Below are positions 33,657 to 43,691 of a DNA stretch of 47,020 bases, in pieces. The DNA lies in the IMG/VR virus record IMGVR_UViG_3300028138_000007, positions 1 through 47,020 of that record. One strand, 5' to 3'. This stretch comes from a virus (taxonomy: Duplodnaviria; Caudoviricetes). The notes under the pieces were generated by a model. That model was not told the DNA's origin. It made no database searches and worked only from the letters and a program-made list of their open reading frames with translations. Position 1 is the first letter of the stretch, and every line of letters starts with the position of its first letter. Both the position numbers and the translations under genes were made by a program.

Positions 33657-34835
33657 ATGTATATCCCCGGCAATGATGCGTTTAATGCTTGGCAAAAGCA
33701 GCAGGAACAGAACGGCGGCATTCGCTCCATGATCGCCGGTTCGCCGATTGCCGGTCCAGGCCAAACGCAATCACAGTTGAACGTTATGCCGATCACGCCA
33801 GTTGCCCCAACTACTTCGACGCCCTACAGGACGATTGCAGACGATTGGATGAACCGTCCAACGGCGGCTGATAGCATTCTTGGAATCAATCGGATGCCTG
33901 CGACCCCTGCGCCAACGCCGACACTTCCGGGTGTCGGTTTGCCGCAAGGCTTTCCGGGCACGGCCGGAACAGGCAATGGCGACTTCTACGGCTCAGGCAA
34001 CGCGCCTGCGTTGACTTCCGGCATAAATCGTTTGCTGGACCCAAACGATGCACAGGCCAATTACGATGTGACGATGCACGGCGCGGAGAACGCTGTTTTT
34101 CGCGGCGTGCCAGGAAGCGGCGTGGCGGCAGAAACCACCGGACGCTTGCGGCAGGCTGACATTGAGCGCCGTTTGGCGTTGGGCGCAGGTCTGGTCAATC
34201 AAGCTGGCCAGTTACAGCTTGGCCGCGATCAGCTTACTTTGGCCACAGCGATTCAGACCGGACAGCTTACTTTGGATCAAGCCCGACTGGAATTGCAGCG
34301 TCAGGTTCAGAACGGCCAACTGGACATTGAACGGGCGCGATTGGCGTTGCAATGGTATCAGCAGATTGCAGGCGGTGGTACTCGAGGCGGCGGCGGGGTT
34401 GGAGGCAATCAAGGCAATCGTGCTGGCGGTGGCGTAGCGCCGATTGCGCCTGAGACGGACCCTCGCACCGGAGCAGCTTTTCAATCGTGGCAGCCGTTGA
34501 AATATCCATCCTTTACGCCTCGCGGTGCATCCAGTGCCACGGCACCAGCGCCAATCGTTGCACCCGATAATTGGGATCAGATGACGCCACAAGAACAGTC
34601 TGATTATGCGGCACAGTACCGCAGCAATCAGGCCAATTATGGCGCTAATCCTTGGGCGAGTGATGAAGGGAATTGGGCGAACATCGGCGGAACATCTGGG
34701 CCAACATGGACAAATGAAAAAATCAACGAGTACATGGATGATCCATTCGCCAACACAATAAATTCCGGTTATTGGAAGTCTGAGTATGGCCCAACCGATG
34801 AAGGCTGGCCAGATTGGTATGACGAAGGTGGATAA
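33657..34835 (+). CDS. internal virion (ejection) protein
   Basis: Gly/Pro/Gln-rich; FRGVPGSG motif and QLTL/QLDI repeats; follows the adaptor gene. Confidence 0.6.
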   Translation: MYIPGNDAFNAWQKQQEQNGGIRSMIAGSPIAGPGQTQSQLNVMPITPVAPTTSTPYRTIADDWMNRPTAADSILGINRMPATPAPTPTLPGVGLPQGFPGTAGTGNGDFYGSGNAPALTSGINRLLDPNDAQANYDVTMHGAENAVFRGVPGSGVAAETTGRLRQADIERRLALGAGLVNQAGQLQLGRDQLTLATAIQTGQLTLDQARLELQRQVQNGQLDIERARLALQWYQQIAGGGTRGGGGVGGNQGNRAGGGVAPIAPETDPRTGAAFQSWQPLKYPSFTPRGASSATAPAPIVAPDNWDQMTPQEQSDYAAQYRSNQANYGANPWASDEGNWANIGGTSGPTWTNEKINEYMDDPFANTINSGYWKSEYGPTDEGWPDWYDEGG

Positions 34836-34837
34836 GT

Positions 34838-35854
34838 ATGCCTGAACTTCAAGATTACGAAGAAGCGCAAGCCTCCCCGGTTGATCTGGGGCCGGAAGTG
34901 CCAGACTTTGGTTCAGCCCCGCCGCCCCCGCCTGTAGCTGCGCCTGCGCCCCTTGGGCCGGTGGGACCGCAGTTGATTCGACCCCCTGTAGTGCAGACGA
35001 TTAGTGCGCCTGCTGAAACCTTGCAATCGCCATCATTCCAAGCCCGGCGCGACAAGCAGGAACAGGACTTTTTAAAAGCCACGTACGAGCACGCGCAGAA
35101 CATCGCCCAAGCCGTAAAAGATGTAGCTGCCGCCCGAACCATGTTGGGGATTATGCGAGTGCAACAGGATAAAGCCGCAGGGATGGACATGCGCGAGGCG
35201 AACTTGCGTAACATGGACTATTTCACCAATCCAGGGGATGCCCATTTTGCGCCGTCGTTCAATGCGTTACGAGCGCCGCCGTCAGCGCCATCGGTGCAAA
35301 ATTTCTCGATGCCCGGATCGAAAGATAAGATTCCTGTTTTTATTACCAAAGACGAGAAGGGGCAAAGTCACGTGCAGTTTATTCCGAAAGGATCAATGCC
35401 GGGGGAGGATAAGGAAATCCTGCCCAAGATTATCGAACTGGAAGGCGAAAAGTATGTGGTCAATCCGAGCACGGGCCATTTTGAGCGAAAGGACAAAGGC
35501 AAGACGGTTGACCTGACGCCGATCCAGATGGCCACGGTGTTGAAGGAGCGAAAGAACATCGTTCTGGCTCAACTGAAGGAATTGGACAAGGTTTCCAGTC
35601 CATCGCAGGACGAGCAGGATGAACGGAAGGCACTCAATCAGGAGTTGGGCTATCTCAAGACCAAGTTTGACAAGATTGGGCAGGCTAAAGGAATACCCGC
35701 GACACCGCCGCCAACAGGAAGAACTTCGATGGGTGTTCCGCCAAAAGCAGTACAGTCGTTGACTCGCGAGAGCGCCGCTGCCTTCTTGAAACAGGCGGGC
35801 GGGGACAAAGAAAAAGCTCGCCAGTTGGCCCGTCAGGCTGGATTTTCATTTTAA
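34838..35854 (+). CDS. internal virion (ejection) protein
   Basis: Pro-rich N-terminus, helical; C-terminal FLKQAGGDKEKARQLARQAGFSF; TAATG coupled to the giant gene. Confidence 0.6.
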   Translation: MPELQDYEEAQASPVDLGPEVPDFGSAPPPPPVAAPAPLGPVGPQLIRPPVVQTISAPAETLQSPSFQARRDKQEQDFLKATYEHAQNIAQAVKDVAAARTMLGIMRVQQDKAAGMDMREANLRNMDYFTNPGDAHFAPSFNALRAPPSAPSVQNFSMPGSKDKIPVFITKDEKGQSHVQFIPKGSMPGEDKEILPKIIELEGEKYVVNPSTGHFERKDKGKTVDLTPIQMATVLKERKNIVLAQLKELDKVSSPSQDEQDERKALNQELGYLKTKFDKIGQAKGIPATPPPTGRTSMGVPPKAVQSLTRESAAAFLKQAGGDKEKARQLARQAGFSF

Positions 35855-38800
35855 TGCCGGATGTATTCGACACGCTTGATGAACCGAAGACGGACGTTTT
35901 TGACGAGATAGCGCCGTCGAAAGGCGATTTGTTCGATCAAGTTGCCGAACCCACCGAAACCGAGAAAGCCGCCGCGTCTCTGGCGGATACGCGCAAACTG
36001 ATTCGGGACACAACCGAGCTTCAGCAGGAACAAGCCCGCAAAGAAGCAGATCGCGCCACGAGCGTTTACGGACTGGCCAACGCGGGCGCAACCGCTCTGG
36101 ACGTTCTTTCTCGGACACGCCCCGATCTGCTCGTCAAGTCCGCCCGCGATCTGGCGCAGCTTGGCACACGCAAGCTGTTGGACCTGATACTGGGAATGCC
36201 AGAGACGCCGCCCAATGCTGTCACTCCCAGAGTGTTGCCGCCTGAACTAGTGCGCTCTGGACGAGAGGCGTTGAATAACATCCTTCCGACGCCACAACTG
36301 CCCGACAACATCAACGCCAAGCCTAACCCGATTGACGAAGCCACGGGCCGCGTGGTCGATGAATTTATCAGCGGCATGGCTGAACCGGAGAACGCAATGG
36401 CCCTGGGGCCAGTGACACGCTATCCGGCATTGGCGCGACCGTTGTTCCAGTTGCCGATGATCGCGGAGATTCCGCAGGCCACAGAGGAATTGATCAATGC
36501 GCAAACACCGGCTGAACGGGCGGCAGCAGGATTGAAGCTTGGAGCGCAAGTGGCGATGCCTGCTTTGATTGAACGCGGATTACGAACGCCGCCCCGGATG
36601 CCAGCGGAAGCGCCAGCCAATGCGCCAAGAGCAATTCCGTTTCCGCCAGAGGCAACTGGACAGGACATTTTGGCGGCGAAAGCCCGCGCCGATTACATCG
36701 CCGAACAAAAGGCCGCGCTCGAAGCGCCTGCGGTGAGCGAACCGAACAAGCCAACGGTGGCTGCAACGGTGGCTGCACCTGCACCTGTTTATCATTATGA
36801 AAATCCTGAGTCGCAAGCGTGGTGGGAAAAACTGGATGCTCTAAATCAGGAAGTTCAATCAAAAGCAGGTACTCCAGAAATGAGGGAGGCGCGTCAAAGA
36901 CGCGAAGCGCACAACGATCTAGCCTACTCGCCAGAAGGCAGAGCGAAACGTCTGGCAGCAAAACGGATCGAAGCCTATAATCCTCTCTCAGCAGTCAACG
37001 TGAGCGACTCCCCTTGGAGCACATCCATCGGATCAACTGACATTGAGGGCTGGAAATTCACAGGGGAAAGCGGAATCTCCGAAGATGGCAGGGCATGGCG
37101 GAGAGTTGAATCCCCTGATGGCAAAAAGAGAGGGGTTGTTTTCAGCGACACCCTTCATCCCTTGGAAGAAGCTCAACTTACAAAAAATACCGGGACAAAA
37201 TCTAAAGTGACCGAACCGACGCCGAGTGAGGCGAAAGCGCCGGAAGTGGTTCAACCTACGCCCGCGCCAAAAGTATTTCGAGACGCTGCGCACGCTCAAG
37301 AGGTTGTCGATTTGATTGAACCAATGGTGAAGGCGGGAACAGCCAAGCCAGCCAACCTTGAAAGGTTGCGCCAAGCCAAAGAATTTCTTGGGGTTACAGA
37401 GGAAGCCACGCCGGAAGTTTCAGCCGCAGATTCAGAAGCCATCGGACGGGCGCAAGGTGCGGTGGACTCGTATCAGCGCACAATCATAAACGCATTACAG
37501 GCGGAATTGGATGCAACTCCTAAATCGAATAAAATCCACCGTTCAACACTTCAGGCTGCATTGAGAGAAAAGGCCGCTGCCATTGAAACGGCACGCGATT
37601 TGTTTCGTCAAAAACTGCCAGCGACCGAACTTGAGGAAAGAGTAAAGGGCTTACTCATCGGTCAACGTGGCGACATGCCGGAACTGAAGTACAGCAAACG
37701 AATTGAACCCACCCCGCCAGCGGAAGCCAAACCGGCGGAAGAAGCGGCGGTTGAACCAGAGTTTGAAGTTCCGAAAGATATAACTAAAGCTGTTGTTGCC
37801 AAAGGAACTAAGTTTGTAATTGGGGATAACCTGTTTGAATTTACTGGTAAAGTTGACGCTAACGGGAGGCATGAGTTCTGGCAGCTTGATAAGCGTGGAA
37901 AACCTAAACGCTACGCTGGTAGAACATTTACGCAGGATTTTCCGCAGCATCAAGTCGTTCAAATGGTTGGTGATGAAAGGTTTTCGCCAATAAATCCACC
38001 AACCGAACAACCCGCCCCCGCCGCCAAAGCTCAGGGGGAAACGCCGAAGTTCACAATGACTTTCGAGCAGTTCAAAAGTGCGCCACGAGAAGGCGTTTTG
38101 CTTGATGAACTGCGCAAGCTCCCGCGAGAACCGAAAACGCCAGAGCAAATAGCAGCCGAAGAAAGAGACACCAAAGCGACCGAAGCCATAGAAAAGGCAG
38201 GGCTATCATGGATTTACGACCGATCAAGCAACGATCCTGGAACCCGCAGCAATATCGAAGCGAACATTCGCCGATTATCAAAGGCTAAAAAGAAAATCAT
38301 TGATGAATATGAAGCGGCGTTGAATGCCAAAATAAAGGCAGGCAACAAAGGCGAAGAAGGACAGCGAAGGCTTTATGACAAGCTGGTTGAGAAGGGTGTG
38401 ATACAACCCCCGCCCGAACCGCCGAAAGCGGGGGCGGAAGGGGAAATCATCGGCATGGGCGGCGCGGTGCCGAGTGAGTTTGAAAACAGCCCAAGGACGG
38501 CCACAGGCATCAAGAACGCCACCGTCGATCAGGAACGCGCCACACGCGGTTTGCCGCCTGCCATTCAGCCGTTGCGTAAAGACTTCGGAACCGTCTGGGA
38601 CCGAGCAATGGCCGCGATTGATCGCGATCCGCAGGTCCAAGACCGCCTGATTGAATCACTGCGCGATCATCCTCGCGCCATCACCGATGAGGAAGACGCG
38701 CTATTGCTCCACCGGCAAGTGGACCTGCAAAACGAATATGGCAAAGCCACACGCGATTTGGCTCAAGCCCACGATGACGGACGCACTGAAGATGTTGCAC

Positions 38801-41800
38801 GGGAAAAGCTACGCACTGCCGCTCTGAGCGATCAACTCCTGGACCTCTACAACATCAACAAGAAAGCCGGAACCGAAACCGCTCGCGGCCTTGCTGCCCG
38901 CAAGATGATGGCTTACGAGGATTTCACGCTGGCCAAGATGGAATTGGAACGCCGCGCCGTTCGCGGAGGCGCACAACTGAGCGATGCGGAACGCGGCGAG
39001 ATCGTCCGATTGCAAAAGCAAATCGAGGATAGCCAGAAAGCTTTTGATGAATACAAGCAGCAACAGGACCAGCGAACCGCCGAACTGGAAACGCGGGCCG
39101 TAGTTGCCGAGATGGGCAAGCAAGCCGCCGAACGCCGGTTAACTGCGCCAGTGCTGGCCGCCGCCGAACGAGTTGTCAAAACGCTCCACACCCGCGCCGA
39201 TGCGGCCAGGGTGCGCCTGAAGGAACGCTTGAAACGCACGTCAGCAGGCATCGATCCGACTATCCTGCTAGACGTGGCGGAAATCGGAGCCGAACACTTG
39301 GCCAATGTCGGATATGACTTCGCCAAATGGTCTGCCAAGATGGTTGAAGACGTGGGCGATTGGGTGCAGGAACATTTGCCCAAGATTTGGGAAGCGAGCC
39401 AAAAGGTTGTCGATAATCTGGACCTGAACGCCACGATCAAAGCGCAGATAAAGCGCGGCGTACCGCCTACGGTCGAAGAAGTAAAAACCCGTATCAGCCA
39501 GAAGATGAAAGACGGTGCGTTGGATGCCGTGACAAGCGACGTGCAAAAGTTGGTGCGCCGATTTGCTGAGGAAGGCGTAAAGGACATGAACACCATGATC
39601 GATAAGGTCTGGGACGTGTTGAAAGGCGTGGACCCGGAGATTACGCGCCGGGAAGCGATGGACGCCATCAGCGGTTACGGCAAATTCAAGCAGCTTACCA
39701 AGGACGAAATCAGCGTGCGGGTGCGGGACTTGAAAGGCCAGATGCAGCAGGTTGCCAAACTGGAAGACATGCAGGCAGGGCAAGCGCCAGCCAAGACTGG
39801 CATTGAACGCCGCACGCCAAGCGATGAGGAACGAAGGCTGATTAAGCAGGTGAATGAAGCGAAGAAGAAAGGAGGATTCGTTGTCACCGATCCAACCCGT
39901 CAACTGGCCTCTGCGCTCACCGCTCGCAAGACGTACTACCGGAACCGATTGTCGGATTTGAAGCAGGAGATTGCCACGCGAGAAAAGGTGGTCAAGCAAT
40001 CCACGCCCCAGCCCACTGATGCGCAACTGGAAGCGTTGAAGGCGGAATACAAGCAGGTCTTGGAAGAACACGAGCAGGTGTTTCCTAAGCAGGCGCAACC
40101 ACTCACCGAAGAGCAACGGATCGCGGCGGCGAGTCGTGGACTGGACCGCGAGATTGCCGATCTGGAAAAGCAGATTGGCAGCGGAAACGTGATGTCGAAA
40201 GCAGGCAAGCCCAAGGTGACTTCGCCAGCCCTTGAAGCGAAACGCGCTCAACTGGAAGCTTTGCGAGAACAGCGCAACGAACTGCGCGATCTGAATCAGG
40301 AATTTCAGCAGCAAAAAGCCACGAAAGCCTTGGAGCAACAACAACGCGCATTGCAGGAAAACATCGCCGAGAAGGAACGTAAGCTGCGCGAAGGGGATAC
40401 CGCTCCGCAGGGCCAGCCGGTGAATCGTCCTGCTTCGCCTGAACTGGAAGCGTTGAAGCAGCAACGAGACGCGCTCAATAAACAGTTGGCCGAAGCGCGA
40501 AAGAAACCGGAAGGCGTGCGACTGGCTGAACAGTTGGCCAAGCGCGTTGAGGCAATGAACAAAGCCATTGCCGAGAAGGAAGCCAAGATTGCCTCCGGCA
40601 ATGTTGCGCCTTCCTCGCGGGCCATGAATCGACCATTGGCGTCGCCGGAACTGGAAACCGCTCGCCAGAAGTTGGATGCGCTCAATAAGCAAATCGCCGA
40701 GATGCGCAAGAGCACCAAAACGCCAGAGGAACGTGCCTTGCAAGCCTACAAAACCAGACTTGCGACGGCTTACGCCGAACTCACCGCCAAGCTGGCCGCG
40801 AAAGACTACACAACCAAGCCACGCCGAAAGCTCGAACTGGACCCGGAAGCGATGCGCCTGAAGGCTCGCAATGAGCGGCTGAAAGACCAATGGCTACAGG
40901 AGCAAGCCGCCGAACGGATGAAAAACAGAACGTGGTGGGAAAAGGTTTTCGATTGGGGCGCACTCTATCGCCGCGCCGGGGTGCTTAGTTCACCAACCGT
41001 TGTTCCTAAACTGATTTCGGCAGGATTGCAAAGACTGGGCGGATTGCCGTTGGAAGATTTGGCAGGAGCAGGTTTGCGCCGAATCCCCGGTATCTCGGAA
41101 GTAGCGAAACGCGCACCATTGGAAGGCGGCGGATTGAATCTTAAATCCGAAGTGACCGGATGGAAGAACGCTTTCACGACCGGGATGAAAGACGCCTATC
41201 AGGTGCTCAAGACCGGCAAGAGCGATCTGGATGTGCTCTACGGCCACGGCGGCGAAAGCTACACCGGAGAATCGGAAGTGGGCGGACGTTTGCTGACGTT
41301 CTTTGGCCGTCTCCACGGGATGCTGAAAGCGCCAGTCAAACGGGCCGTGTTTGAACGGAGCGTGCAACGCCTGGGCGATTACTACGCCAAGAACAAACTG
41401 GACCTGACAGACGATTTGCTTCGGACTCGGATCGGCGTGGAAGCATATCAAGCCGCCAATCGAGCTATCTTCCTGCAAGATAATTTCGTGGCGTCCAAAG
41501 TGAGCCAATTCCTATCCGAGAAAGCATCCAAGGAAACCGGCCATGCCACGCTTGGCAGCAAGATTTGGGCAACCGCAGGCCGGATTGCATTGCCGATTGT
41601 GAAGGTGCCAACAAACATCGTTGCCGAGACGTTGCAATATGCCGCTGGCCTGGGTTCAGGTGGAACGCGGCTCGCCGTGGCACTGGCGAAAGGCGTGGAT
41701 AAGCTGACGCCAGAACAGAGCGATTTGATTATGCGGGAACTAAAGAAGGGTTCCATCGGTTTCGCTGTGCTGGCCCTTGGCTACTTCAACGCCGATGCGA

Positions 41801-42252
41801 TTGGCGGTTACTATCAGCCGGGACAGAAGCGCAAACAAGGTGACGTGAAAGCGGGAAGGATTCGGGTTTATGGGGCGGACATACCAAGCTGGCTCTTGCA
41901 TAATCCGCTATTGGAAACTTTGCAGATGGGGGCCACAATTCGCCGTGTAGCGGATTCCAAGCTACGCGGACAGCATGACCCACAGGGGGTTGGCGCGGGA
42001 ATGTTGGCCGGGGCGTTGGGTGTGGTGGAAGAAGCGCCTTTCGTGCGGGAGATGGTCGAACTCGACAAGCTGCACGACCCGGAGAAGCGCGGCCAATTCT
42101 TGAACGAACAGGCCAAGTCGATTCTGATTCCGTCATTGGTTCAACGAACGGCGGAATGGATGGACAACGGAGTTAAGCGCAAACCGCACACGATTGGGCA
42201 GACATTGGAAAGCGGGATTCCTGGACTGCGCGAGAACGTGCCGACGCGATAA
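35854..42252 (+). CDS. giant internal virion / DNA-ejection protein (large polyvalent-protein-like), 2132 aa
   Basis: N-terminal DVFD repeats, small domains on Pro/Ala linkers, long helical repeats, Gly-rich hydrophobic C-terminal region; last gene of the tail operon. Confidence 0.75.
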   Translation: MPDVFDTLDEPKTDVFDEIAPSKGDLFDQVAEPTETEKAAASLADTRKLIRDTTELQQEQARKEADRATSVYGLANAGATALDVLSRTRPDLLVKSARDLAQLGTRKLLDLILGMPETPPNAVTPRVLPPELVRSGREALNNILPTPQLPDNINAKPNPIDEATGRVVDEFISGMAEPENAMALGPVTRYPALARPLFQLPMIAEIPQATEELINAQTPAERAAAGLKLGAQVAMPALIERGLRTPPRMPAEAPANAPRAIPFPPEATGQDILAAKARADYIAEQKAALEAPAVSEPNKPTVAATVAAPAPVYHYENPESQAWWEKLDALNQEVQSKAGTPEMREARQRREAHNDLAYSPEGRAKRLAAKRIEAYNPLSAVNVSDSPWSTSIGSTDIEGWKFTGESGISEDGRAWRRVESPDGKKRGVVFSDTLHPLEEAQLTKNTGTKSKVTEPTPSEAKAPEVVQPTPAPKVFRDAAHAQEVVDLIEPMVKAGTAKPANLERLRQAKEFLGVTEEATPEVSAADSEAIGRAQGAVDSYQRTIINALQAELDATPKSNKIHRSTLQAALREKAAAIETARDLFRQKLPATELEERVKGLLIGQRGDMPELKYSKRIEPTPPAEAKPAEEAAVEPEFEVPKDITKAVVAKGTKFVIGDNLFEFTGKVDANGRHEFWQLDKRGKPKRYAGRTFTQDFPQHQVVQMVGDERFSPINPPTEQPAPAAKAQGETPKFTMTFEQFKSAPREGVLLDELRKLPREPKTPEQIAAEERDTKATEAIEKAGLSWIYDRSSNDPGTRSNIEANIRRLSKAKKKIIDEYEAALNAKIKAGNKGEEGQRRLYDKLVEKGVIQPPPEPPKAGAEGEIIGMGGAVPSEFENSPRTATGIKNATVDQERATRGLPPAIQPLRKDFGTVWDRAMAAIDRDPQVQDRLIESLRDHPRAITDEEDALLLHRQVDLQNEYGKATRDLAQAHDDGRTEDVAREKLRTAALSDQLLDLYNINKKAGTETARGLAARKMMAYEDFTLAKMELERRAVRGGAQLSDAERGEIVRLQKQIEDSQKAFDEYKQQQDQRTAELETRAVVAEMGKQAAERRLTAPVLAAAERVVKTLHTRADAARVRLKERLKRTSAGIDPTILLDVAEIGAEHLANVGYDFAKWSAKMVEDVGDWVQEHLPKIWEASQKVVDNLDLNATIKAQIKRGVPPTVEEVKTRISQKMKDGALDAVTSDVQKLVRRFAEEGVKDMNTMIDKVWDVLKGVDPEITRREAMDAISGYGKFKQLTKDEISVRVRDLKGQMQQVAKLEDMQAGQAPAKTGIERRTPSDEERRLIKQVNEAKKKGGFVVTDPTRQLASALTARKTYYRNRLSDLKQEIATREKVVKQSTPQPTDAQLEALKAEYKQVLEEHEQVFPKQAQPLTEEQRIAAASRGLDREIADLEKQIGSGNVMSKAGKPKVTSPALEAKRAQLEALREQRNELRDLNQEFQQQKATKALEQQQRALQENIAEKERKLREGDTAPQGQPVNRPASPELEALKQQRDALNKQLAEARKKPEGVRLAEQLAKRVEAMNKAIAEKEAKIASGNVAPSSRAMNRPLASPELETARQKLDALNKQIAEMRKSTKTPEERALQAYKTRLATAYAELTAKLAAKDYTTKPRRKLELDPEAMRLKARNERLKDQWLQEQAAERMKNRTWWEKVFDWGALYRRAGVLSSPTVVPKLISAGLQRLGGLPLEDLAGAGLRRIPGISEVAKRAPLEGGGLNLKSEVTGWKNAFTTGMKDAYQVLKTGKSDLDVLYGHGGESYTGESEVGGRLLTFFGRLHGMLKAPVKRAVFERSVQRLGDYYAKNKLDLTDDLLRTRIGVEAYQAANRAIFLQDNFVASKVSQFLSEKASKETGHATLGSKIWATAGRIALPIVKVPTNIVAETLQYAAGLGSGGTRLAVALAKGVDKLTPEQSDLIMRELKKGSIGFAVLALGYFNADAIGGYYQPGQKRKQGDVKAGRIRVYGADIPSWLLHNPLLETLQMGATIRRVADSKLRGQHDPQGVGAGMLAGALGVVEEAPFVREMVELDKLHDPEKRGQFLNEQAKSILIPSLVQRTAEWMDNGVKRKPHTIGQTLESGIPGLRENVPTR
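39720..40900 (+). repeat. Tandem helical-hairpin protein repeats within the giant ejection protein
   Basis: About 5-6 units of IA(D/E)xExKIxxG...SP(E/A)LEAx(R/K)xQxDALxxQ, e.g. PVNRPASPELEALKQQRDALNKQL and AMNRPLASPELETARQKLDALNKQI. Confidence 0.7.
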
Positions 42253-42286
42253 CTTCACCGCTCTCTGGGCGCGGCGGGCGCGGAAG

Positions 42287-42405
42287 TGAACGCAGCGACG
42301 GGATTCCCACCCGCGAGTCCGTTCCTTCGTTTGGTTGACAATAACCAATGCCGTACTAGGACTTTATCTTGCCTTCAGGCTTGAAATAGGCTCGCCCACG
42401 CTGCT
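42287..42405 (-). ncRNA. tRNA-like RNA (acceptor plus T-arm mimic)
   Basis: GCAGCG/CGCTGC acceptor, TG at positions 8-9, T arm GCGGG-TGGGAAT-CCCGT; enlarged interior with AGTCC/GGACT and TTGGTT/AACCAA stems. Confidence 0.45.
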
Positions 42406-42562
42406 AAAATTTTCCGAATATCATATCCGCTAAGTCGTTTACCCTGCACAAAATGTAAATCAAGGCTCGGCAACATAACCAAAAACAAGAGCACGCCAGC
42501 GGAACTGTGATGCCAAAACCAATAGCGCGTTCCCACCATTTGAGAGTTGGATTTTTATCCAC
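42404..42562 (-). CDS. small membrane protein (52 aa)
   Basis: Below track cutoff; GTG start overlapping previous stop; WWERAIGFGITVPLACSCFWLCCRALIYILC. Confidence 0.45.
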   Translation of the reverse strand: MDKNPTLKWWERAIGFGITVPLACSCFWLCCRALIYILCRVNDLADMIFGKF

Positions 42563-42689
42563 GTCTTTTATTCTCCAGATTCATGGCTGTCCCAAACAGG
42601 ACTAAAATTGGAATTAGCCTCCAATCAACCCAAAATGCCAAACTGAAAGTGGCGGTGTAGAACAGTGCTATAAAGGCGAGACGCTTCAT
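42555..42689 (-). CDS. small membrane protein (44 aa)
   Basis: Below track cutoff; MKRLAFIALFYTATFSLAFWVDWRLIPILVLFGTAMNLENKRRG; ATGA overlap. Confidence 0.5.
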   Translation of the reverse strand: MKRLAFIALFYTATFSLAFWVDWRLIPILVLFGTAMNLENKRRG

Positions 42690-43057
42690 GTCCTGTTTGC
42701 CCTCCTTAGTAAAGATAGAATTTCCCACAACTGCGACATGGCATGGTCACACATATATCGATCATCAACCTGTTTCTGCGCAACCATTTTATCAATTATG
42801 CCGTAAACGTTATCAATCGACGGCAACGGACGAACCTGTTTACGTTCCGGGATTACCTTGTTTTCATAAATATCCCCGAAGGTGTCGTAGGCTTCAATAT
42901 GCTGAACAAACAGCATTCGCTCATCCTTCATATTTGTCACCTGACAATGATTGTGCTCCGCGATGAACTTCGCGTCTTCTGCTGAGAATGCGCGAATGAA
43001 AATGACGCGTGTATTTCCGGTTCCTTGCTCGAATAAAGTGATCTGATAAGTCTTCAT
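42686..43057 (-). CDS. hypothetical protein
   Basis: ORF track; ATGA overlaps; MKTYQITL...IRAFSAEDAK. Confidence 0.65.
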   Translation of the reverse strand: MKTYQITLFEQGTGNTRVIFIRAFSAEDAKFIAEHNHCQVTNMKDERMLFVQHIEAYDTFGDIYENKVIPERKQVRPLPSIDNVYGIIDKMVAQKQVDDRYMCDHAMSQLWEILSLLRRANRT

Positions 43058-43266
43058 ATGGTTATGTATTCAAAAATCGGAACCATTTCCATTTCGTCTG
43101 GAAGTTGGAATACAGCCGTGTAATGGTCTTCTCCATTGGTTTTTATTTCCAAAAGTTTGGCTTCCATTGGAATTCCTTTTTTACATCGGAAGCTTCGGTC
43201 ATTTTGTTCCTTGAAAAGAGATTCAAAAAACTCATCTGTGATTTTTACTTTGATGAGAGTTCCCAT
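43054..43266 (-). CDS. hypothetical protein
   Basis: ATG 43266, TAATG overlap. Confidence 0.6.
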   Translation of the reverse strand: MGTLIKVKITDEFFESLFKEQNDRSFRCKKGIPMEAKLLEIKTNGEDHYTAVFQLPDEMEMVPIFEYITI

Positions 43267-43691
43267 TATTTTGGACTGCTTTTGATTACCTTCCTGCTTT
43301 GAACCCATTTCCGAGCCTTGTGCCGCCGCTTAACAACGTAGCCTTTGGCATGGTATTTCTTCGACATTTTACGCTGGTAAGCGATGGTTTCCGATTTTTT
43401 AGGAGGATTAAACTTGTAGGTTCCTGGGGGAAGTAGTTCGCCTTTTCCGTCAAACGCCATAAGCTGCTTCCTGAGAATCCCGCTCGTGCTATAGCGAAGC
43501 CTATCCCCACTGCTGATTGAAAATGTGGTGTATCGCAATCCAACTCTGACGTTTGTTACGAATCCATGCGTCTGGTCCTTTGCCGCAACAGCGATAATGC
43601 AGCCGTCTTTGTCGCCGCGTTTACCGCGTCGGCAATGCTTTTCTGTGACAAGTATTTCAACAGGAGTTGTAGAGTCTTTAAGATTTTTCAT
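43266..43691 (-). CDS. hypothetical basic protein
   Basis: ILVTEKHCRRG.RGD..GCIIAVA motif; coupled overlaps. Confidence 0.65.
   Translation of the reverse strand: MKNLKDSTTPVEILVTEKHCRRGKRGDKDGCIIAVAAKDQTHGFVTNVRVGLRYTTFSISSGDRLRYSTSGILRKQLMAFDGKGELLPPGTYKFNPPKKSETIAYQRKMSKKYHAKGYVVKRRHKARKWVQSRKVIKSSPK

Noticed and set aside
39268-40890. 540-aa minus-strand ORF
   Set aside because: Antisense shadow of the codon-biased giant gene; Leu/Phe-rich translation with no motif and no expression signals.
42335-42363. Plus-strand TTGACA-16-TAGGACT promoter
   Set aside because: No plus-strand gene follows, the spacing differs from the other motif copies, and it lies within a stem of the tRNA-like element; could be chance.
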